Source of the DNA: an uncultured Bacilli bacterium
GTDB lineage: Bacteria; Bacillota_I; Bacilli_A; RFN20; CAG-826
NCBI GenBank assembly: GCA_934699525.1
Contig: CAKUWP010000001.1
Coordinates: 132,384-196,383, forward strand
Direction of reading: 5' to 3'
DNA length: 64,000 nt
The position numbers were made by a program, and so were the translations under genes. Positions 58,035-64,000 of the stretch are shown here, one piece after another (positions within the stretch are counted from its first letter, which is position 1; each line of letters opens with the position of its first letter). The notes beneath the pieces were generated by a model that saw nothing but the letters and a program-made list of their open reading frames with translations, was not told the origin of the DNA and did not search any database.

Positions 58035-59075
58035 TTAAGCAGGGTCCTCGGGGGCATGGAGGTTGCTTTTTCGCAACGCAATCTTCATTTGAATGGCCGC
58101 GAATAATTTTTTGATATTGTTTAATTCAGCCGACAGCGTCCAGAACAGCATCATGAAGACGCCGAAGAACATGGAGTAATAGCCGGAGACGTCGCCATTG
58201 ATCATCACGGCGAGTCCTTTGTTCAGCATTTGAATCGACACGGCTCCGACGAGAACGCCAACCCAGCCATAGCTAAGAAAGCCGATGAACATCCCGATAT
58301 AAACGGGGACAATGTTAGAGAAGGCGACGGAGGTGGTGGAAAGATTGCCGATTTCTCCCGGTTGAATCCAGGTTGTTGCGCCGTAGATGATGCCAGCAAG
58401 GCCGAAGAGGGCGCCAGAGAATAAATAGGTGTAATAAAGGTTTTTGGTTTCGTTGATTCCGATATTGACCGCGGTCATTTGGTTATTGGCAAGAAGACGG
58501 GCTCTTGCTCCCCCGACGCTTAAGTCTTTGAAATAGAAATACAGGAGAACCCCAACCAAAAGAATGAGGAACACCCATGGGGTGAAACCCAATACTTTGA
58601 GATAGTTGTCGGAGAAGAGTTGGGTGCCTTTGCCATCAAAAAGAACGCGAGGGACGGATTCATAAACAAGGGTCAACGCGATGGAGGTGATGATAATCGG
58701 CATGCGAAGAATCTTGTACATGAAGGCGGTCAGCATCGAAATGAGAATGCCGAAAACAACGCACAAAACAATATAGAGGGGGATACTGCCAGCCCCTCCC
58801 ACTGCTTGAGCGATATGTCCGGATAAATAGGCGCTGAGGATGATGTTGATGCCCCCAGTGAAATCGAAACGTCCATTGAGGATTTGAACGGACAATCCCA
58901 TGGCGATTAACGATGCCATGCAGGATTTGCGGAGAATTTCCTCCATGGATTCTGCATTCACGTATAAGCCAACCTTGCCAACACTTGCCGTGGCGATGAC
59001 CATGGCCAAAAACATCACAAGGGGCAACGCCAATGTTCCAAGGGTTTTTAGGGAAATCGATTTGACTAATTTCAT
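58035..59075 (-). CDS. ABC transporter permease (CUT2/BMP-type)
   Basis: Multi-TM protein with a branched-chain/ribose-type permease fold; last gene of the ATPase-permease-SBP-permease block. Confidence 0.75.
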   Translation of the reverse strand: MKLVKSISLKTLGTLALPLVMFLAMVIATASVGKVGLYVNAESMEEILRKSCMASLIAMGLSVQILNGRFDFTGGINIILSAYLSGHIAQAVGGAGSIPLYIVLCVVFGILISMLTAFMYKILRMPIIITSIALTLVYESVPRVLFDGKGTQLFSDNYLKVLGFTPWVFLILLVGVLLYFYFKDLSVGGARARLLANNQMTAVNIGINETKNLYYTYLFSGALFGLAGIIYGATTWIQPGEIGNLSTTSVAFSNIVPVYIGMFIGFLSYGWVGVLVGAVSIQMLNKGLAVMINGDVSGYYSMFFGVFMMLFWTLSAELNNIKKLFAAIQMKIALRKSNLHAPEDPA

Positions 59076-59148
59076 AAGGGTACCTCAGCAATTAGGGAAC
59101 CCCACGCCGCCACAAAAGGTGACGGCGCAGGGAGATAAACGGATCGAA

Positions 59149-60498
59149 TTACTTCGAAGCGCGATAAGCCGCGAGAGCATCTAAGCCCTGAACGGTCTTA
59201 AGGAGGTTCGAATAGGTCGCAGAAGGATTGAATCTCTTTATGAGGTTCTTGAGCGCATTGGCGTCAAGGAGGGCATCCTTGGCGTTATGAGTCGCGTAGA
59301 GAGAATGGGACATCATGTAGTTCATCTCATCCTTGGTTTTGATGTAATTGTAGAAACCGGAGACGCGGTGGTCCGTAACATCCTTGTCAAGGTAACGGTT
59401 ATCCGCGGCCTTTTGCTGCCAAATATCTTCGTAATCGTTCTTATCAATACGGTTGACGAGCATGGCGAGAGGATAAGCAAACGATTCGACGCAGGTGAAG
59501 GTGGCTTGTCTCATGATGCCATCACCGAAATGTTTCGTGAAGCCATCGCTGGTGCCATCGTAGCCATTGCCATAGATGCGGATGTTCGGGGCGGCGGTCG
59601 TGGCCTTCGGATAGATGAAGGTTCCCGCAGCGCCAAAGCAAGCAATCGAAGTCATGCCATCACGGCCGTTGCCTTTTTGGAAATAGGTGTCGTCAATCGG
59701 AGCAAATCCAAGGGAGAAGCCAAGATTTCCAGAAGCGTTGGCGACCGAGGAATCGCCAGGATATTTTCCCGGGAAATCCGCGGAGGTTTTGTAGGTTCCG
59801 TCTTCTTTTTTGCCAACGTCATAGAGCTCGACTTTGTCATCGGCGTGTTCGGCGTTCCAAGCATTGACTTTGGTGATGAAGGTGTCGCAAGCACCCATCT
59901 GCTTCGGATAATAGAGAAAGTTGAAATGGGCGAGGGCGATGTTTCTTTCTCCAGCGGAGACAACGACATTTTGGAAATAATCTTCGCCTAAATATTGGCC
60001 GCCCATATCGCCGGTACGAACGCCGTCTTCGATGCCGCCGACATAATAATCGACCATGTTCTTCTTATCGGCATCCGTGGCAATGCCGAAACCGGTATTG
60101 CCGCCATCATAGTAATAATAGTCTTCCGGGGTGCCATAATAGGAAGCGATCGGGGTGTCGCCTTCCGCCGCCTTTGTGACAAATGACGGGAAGGTGTTGC
60201 CGCAGAGAGAGACGACGATGCCTTGGCAGCCAGCGAGTTGAAGGTCGGCGATGGAGTTCAAGTTCTTTTCTTGGTCGGTAAGCGAACCAGTCTTGAACGT
60301 GAATTTGAAGCCGAGCTCTTCCGAAATGTAGTTGGTGTAAGCCGTGAGGGCTTCTACGTCATCGCCCGTGTCTTTGTAGAGCATGATCCCGATGTGGATC
60401 CCGTCTTTAGCGGTGCCGCAGGAAGTCGCGCTGACGGCAACTCCAAGAGCACTGGCGCTCAAGGCGAGGATGGGGAGAATTTTCTTTCCGAATTTCAT
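59149..60498 (-). CDS. ABC transporter substrate-binding lipoprotein (type-I periplasmic binding fold, BMP/CUT2-like)
   Basis: Lipobox VSATSCGT; 449 aa. Confidence 0.65.
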   Translation of the reverse strand: MKFGKKILPILALSASALGVAVSATSCGTAKDGIHIGIMLYKDTGDDVEALTAYTNYISEELGFKFTFKTGSLTDQEKNLNSIADLQLAGCQGIVVSLCGNTFPSFVTKAAEGDTPIASYYGTPEDYYYYDGGNTGFGIATDADKKNMVDYYVGGIEDGVRTGDMGGQYLGEDYFQNVVVSAGERNIALAHFNFLYYPKQMGACDTFITKVNAWNAEHADDKVELYDVGKKEDGTYKTSADFPGKYPGDSSVANASGNLGFSLGFAPIDDTYFQKGNGRDGMTSIACFGAAGTFIYPKATTAAPNIRIYGNGYDGTSDGFTKHFGDGIMRQATFTCVESFAYPLAMLVNRIDKNDYEDIWQQKAADNRYLDKDVTDHRVSGFYNYIKTKDEMNYMMSHSLYATHNAKDALLDANALKNLIKRFNPSATYSNLLKTVQGLDALAAYRASK

Positions 60499-60552
60499 AG
60501 TGAATTTTCCTTTCTAAAATTCTTTATATAGATTGGGTTCTCATCCCAATAT

Positions 60553-61629
60553 CTATCGTTGTAGGGTTTTGATGTCCTTCCTGCGGCATGTAAGGACGAT
60601 GATTGCGAAGAGAATGACGGATTGAACCAGCATTGTCGCGGAAGCTGGGACGCCAGAAAGAATCAATCCGGTTTCCAAAATGTTGAAGATCATCGTGCCA
60701 ACCACCGCGGACGAAACACGGGACTTCATGCCCCCGCTGACCGGCATGCCGCCTAAAATCAAGGCGATCATGATGGACATGTGGAAGTTGGCTCCCGTGG
60801 ACTTAGTGACGGTACCGACGCGGTTAACCGAATTAACGCAAGCAAAGACAATCGCCAAGCCCAAGAAGGCATAAGCGAGGAATTTGAAGAGCCAGGTGTT
60901 GACCCCAGACTGACGGGCAACCGTTTCGTTGGTGCCGATCGCGCGGGTATATTTTCCAAGACGCGTGAACTTAAAGAGGTAGAACGTGATGAGTCCAAAG
61001 ATGACCAAGAAGGTGATTTGGAACCACGTTTCCTTTAAGAAAGAGAAATCGCCATAAAGGGTGACAGCTTCCGTGTTGGTGAAATAGATTGCCTGGATGC
61101 CTCCGGCGAAAAACATCAAGAAAATCGATCCGATGACCGCGGGAAGATGGAGGAATTCGCCCACGGAAGCGTTGATGACGGCACAAACAAGCGTAAAAAC
61201 CAAGGCAACAAGAATACCAACCCATAGTTGGCCAGTCGCATTGGAGACAAGGGTCATGATGATGGCCGCAACCCCGGCGCTTGCCCCAACCGAAATATCC
61301 ATGGCCCCCATCGAATAGATGAAGATGGCGCCAAGAGAAATGATCATTAAGGTGATGGAACGTTCTACGAAACTCTTCCAGAAGAATTTCGTCCAAATCG
61401 TCTTTCCCGTCACAAGAGGGGGGACAATCGAGAACACCAAAATGCAAAGAGCGAAGCCAACAAAGGGAATAATGGTTGTGATATTCGCTTTCGTCCACGC
61501 GACGATATTCTTCCACGTAAATGCTTCTTTGATTCGTTGTTTCCAAGGTGTCTTTTCCATCGGAACAACCGCTTCTCTTTTGTTTTCCTCAGAAGGCATC
61601 GGTTGCAAGTTCTTATCTTTGTTTTCCAT
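60553..61629 (-). CDS. ABC transporter permease (CUT2/BMP-type)
   Basis: Multi-TM protein with a long hydrophilic N-terminus. Confidence 0.75.
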   Translation of the reverse strand: MENKDKNLQPMPSEENKREAVVPMEKTPWKQRIKEAFTWKNIVAWTKANITTIIPFVGFALCILVFSIVPPLVTGKTIWTKFFWKSFVERSITLMIISLGAIFIYSMGAMDISVGASAGVAAIIMTLVSNATGQLWVGILVALVFTLVCAVINASVGEFLHLPAVIGSIFLMFFAGGIQAIYFTNTEAVTLYGDFSFLKETWFQITFLVIFGLITFYLFKFTRLGKYTRAIGTNETVARQSGVNTWLFKFLAYAFLGLAIVFACVNSVNRVGTVTKSTGANFHMSIMIALILGGMPVSGGMKSRVSSAVVGTMIFNILETGLILSGVPASATMLVQSVILFAIIVLTCRRKDIKTLQR

Positions 61630-61646
61630 GTCCAGGTCCTCCTTCC

Positions 61647-63152
61647 TTAAATCATGTATTCGATGATGTCGGATTCTTTGAGATCCGGGCTGCGAGTGAA
61701 TTCTTTGGTCACGACAAAGTCTTTCATGACAATGAGCTTATCAACCATGCCAATGAGCTCCGCCATTTCTTCGGAAATCATGATGATGGCCTTGCCTTGC
61801 TTCTTCATCTCGGCAATCGTGGCATACATCGCTTGTTTCACCGCGATATCGACGCCGCGGGTAGGGCAATCCATGATGATGACGTCGCATCCTTTCGCCG
61901 TCCATTTGGCAAAGGAAACTTTCTGTTTATTGCCTCCGGAGAGAGTATTGACGTACTGCTTCGGTCCTTTGGCTTTGATGTTCAAGGCCTTCATTTCGCC
62001 CTTGGCAACGCGTTTTTCCGCGAGGGGGTTCACAAAACACACTTTATTGAGGTCATCAAGAGAGGGAAGAACGATGTTGTCTCCAATGGACGCACCCAGC
62101 ATCAAAGCTTCGGAGTCGCGATTCTTGGAGATATATCCGATGCCGCTTTTGATGGCGACTTTTGGAGATTTAATCACCTTTCCATTGCGGGTCACCGATC
62201 CGTGTTTCACTTTTTTAAGGCCGAATGCCGCTTTGCCGATTTCATGCATTCCGCATCCGGACAATCCGCCGAATCCGATGATTTCGCCTTCATGGAGGGT
62301 CAAGGAGAAGTCTTTGATCTTGCCAATGTCGGCATGGGAGATTTCCAACGCGACTTTTTCTCCATGAGAAATGTCGTAATCTTCGCGGTAATAAGCATCG
62401 CCGATATCGCGGCCCACCATCATCTGGCGGATTCGCTTCATCGCGTTGGATTCATCCATTTCTTTACGGGTCAAATGGCCAATAATTTCCCCGTCGCGAA
62501 GAACGGTGAGGCAGGTGCACTGTTCCATGATTTCGTCCATATCATGGGAAACAAAGACGATGGATTTGCCTTCGTCGCACATTTTATGAACCAACTTATA
62601 GAGGATCTGACGACCATCCAAAGAAAGAGCAGTCGTTGTTTCATCGACGACAAGGATTTCCGTATCTTCGTTCACGCAGCGAACGATTTCCACCAACTTG
62701 CGGTCTTCGAAGGTCAAAGCATTGATCGGCATCTCGCCACGAATATGGGAAATGCCAAACTTGTCTAGCATTTCATTGGCGGCTTTGTTCATCTTCTTAC
62801 GAAGAATGATTCCGAATTTGGAAAAGAGGTTTTCCCTTCCAGCGAATAAATTCTCGGCAACGGTTGCCCCGCTGATGGTGTTGCTTTCTTGGAGAATCAT
62901 GGAAATGCCGGCGCGTTGAGCTTCCAACATGTTGGCTGGCTTCCATGGCTGGCCTTTATAGAACATTTCTCCGCTAGTGGCGGGCTGCATGCCGGAAGCG
63001 ATGGACATAATGGTGGATTTTCCCGATCCATTCTCACCGACAAGACCGCGGATTTCGCCACGACGCAACACGATATCGACTCCTTTTAAGGCGACGATAG
63101 GACCGAAAACTTTTTTCATGTTTTTGGCTTCAAACACTACTTCTCCAGGCAT
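61647..63152 (-). CDS. ABC transporter ATP-binding protein with tandem ABC domains (501 aa)
   Basis: Two Walker A sites (GENGSGKST, GLSGCGMHE), two LSGG signatures (LSGGNKQK present) and two Walker B sites. Confidence 0.9.
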   Translation of the reverse strand: MPGEVVFEAKNMKKVFGPIVALKGVDIVLRRGEIRGLVGENGSGKSTIMSIASGMQPATSGEMFYKGQPWKPANMLEAQRAGISMILQESNTISGATVAENLFAGRENLFSKFGIILRKKMNKAANEMLDKFGISHIRGEMPINALTFEDRKLVEIVRCVNEDTEILVVDETTTALSLDGRQILYKLVHKMCDEGKSIVFVSHDMDEIMEQCTCLTVLRDGEIIGHLTRKEMDESNAMKRIRQMMVGRDIGDAYYREDYDISHGEKVALEISHADIGKIKDFSLTLHEGEIIGFGGLSGCGMHEIGKAAFGLKKVKHGSVTRNGKVIKSPKVAIKSGIGYISKNRDSEALMLGASIGDNIVLPSLDDLNKVCFVNPLAEKRVAKGEMKALNIKAKGPKQYVNTLSGGNKQKVSFAKWTAKGCDVIIMDCPTRGVDIAVKQAMYATIAEMKKQGKAIIMISEEMAELIGMVDKLIVMKDFVVTKEFTRSPDLKESDIIEYMI

Positions 63153-63396
63153 GAAATCCTCCCTTTCTGCACTCGCATCTACGGTTTACGGCCAAATCAT
63201 AAAACCGATGTAAGGGCTTTCAAAGAGCACTTTGTATGCTAAATTTCCATGATTTTATGCAAATTGTTTGAATTGAAGTGCTGCCAATACGTTACAAACT
63301 ATTTCATGCTCACTTTTTTATTGTCAAAAGAATTGTTTTACCTACTTTTAGCACACTTTTTTATGTTTTTATTCTCTTTTGTAGTACCATTAATTC

Positions 63397-64000
63397 ATGG
63401 ATATTGCTAAAAATTCTCTGAAATTCCCGAAATCCATCGAAGATTTGGGCTTACACAGCGTCATTCTGCGAACCCTTGAGATTAAAAAAACATACAAGAG
63501 AACTCTTAGCATTTACTTCGTCCTGGCAGGCGAATGTACCTTCTATGTCAATGGCAACTCCTTTCAAGCTCGAAAAGGCGATTTGCTACTCGTCAATCCT
63601 AACGATGTCTTCGCTTGCTATTCCCGGGAAGGGACCACTTTGGGCATCGTCGAATTTGACCTTTTGTCTTTGATGGGAGAAGACAAGGCCCATCGTTATT
63701 TTCTTTTCTCCCAAAGCAGCAACGTGGAACGAGTCCATTTCGACACCGTCCGCACTTGCCTTGCCAAAATCATCCGTGACGAAGCATTCCATGAGAGCTT
63801 CTTCACGATAGCTAGCAACGTCTACGACCTCATTGCCATTCTCGAAAGTCATTTTGTAGATACCCGTGGAGAAGAAAACGGGGGAGAAGGAAGATATTCC
63901 GAACGCATGCAGTCGATGCTCGACTACATCAACGAGCATTATAAAGACGGTGTTTCTTTGAAATCTTTAGCGGAACACGAGCATTTAACCCCCGCTTATT
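63397..64000 (+). CDS. AraC-family transcriptional regulator, 3'-truncated at the window edge
   Basis: Manual translation from ATG 63397 shows no stop to the window end. Cupin-like sensor (LAGECTFYVNGNSFQARKGDLLLVNP) followed by the beginning of the AraC HTH (VSLKSLAEHEHLTPAY). Divergent from the ABC/GH operon. Not in the ORF track. Confidence 0.75.
   Translation, partial: MDIAKNSLKFPKSIEDLGLHSVILRTLEIKKTYKRTLSIYFVLAGECTFYVNGNSFQARKGDLLLVNPNDVFACYSREGTTLGIVEFDLLSLMGEDKAHRYFLFSQSSNVERVHFDTVRTCLAKIIRDEAFHESFFTIASNVYDLIAILESHFVDTRGEENGGEGRYSERMQSMLDYINEHYKDGVSLKSLAEHEHLTPAY

Noticed and set aside
61548-62768. 406-aa ORF on the plus strand
   Set aside because: Lies entirely antisense to the tandem-domain ABC ATPase gene; such long shadow ORFs are typical opposite ABC ATPase genes and it has no start context or independent features.

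Overview
The window is a gene-dense, lipoprotein-rich bacterial chromosomal region, with about 70% of coding sequence on the minus strand. It is dominated by two carbohydrate-utilisation loci: (i) GH130 phosphorylase, a 1401-aa secreted protein, three surface lipoproteins, a CUT1-type ABC importer and a divergent GH29 fucosidase (14.6-30.7 kb); (ii) an 11-gene minus-strand operon of about 17 kb (63.1 to 46.0 kb): a four-gene ABC importer followed by GH78, GH39, GH3, a cytoplasmic sulfatase, beta-phosphoglucomutase, GH2 and a MATE exporter. The left end also carries a GH3 glucosidase and an edge-truncated GPH symporter. AraC-family regulators flank the loci (4953, 30913, 63397-edge). Solute-binding proteins carry Cys lipoboxes, consistent with a monoderm-like envelope. 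Between the sugar loci sit three small accessory islands that look like defence or toxin-antitoxin cargo: (a) an XRE-HTH/ImmA-IrrE metallopeptidase fusion plus a PIN-like (DUF4411-like) protein (8.1-9.6 kb); (b) a COG1373/DUF4143 AAA+ ATPase whose gene is bracketed by a roughly 57-bp direct repeat that itself encodes the last 8 codons of the gene, with 3 x 33-bp tandem copies upstream (34.2-35.7 kb); (c) a metallophosphoesterase, a second COG1373 ATPase preceded by 2 x 36-bp direct repeats, and an overlapping DUF3990-like / DUF3791-like-HTH pair (41.9-45.9 kb). There are also two paralogous surface-protein families: three beta-helix-like secreted paralogs sharing an FSGxxDGxGH motif (a fourth protein carries the motif alone), and three tandem large lipoproteins. 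No rRNA, tRNA or CRISPR array was seen. Two edge-truncated CDSs (1..1899 minus; 63397..64000 plus) are absent from the ORF track and were found by direct translation.
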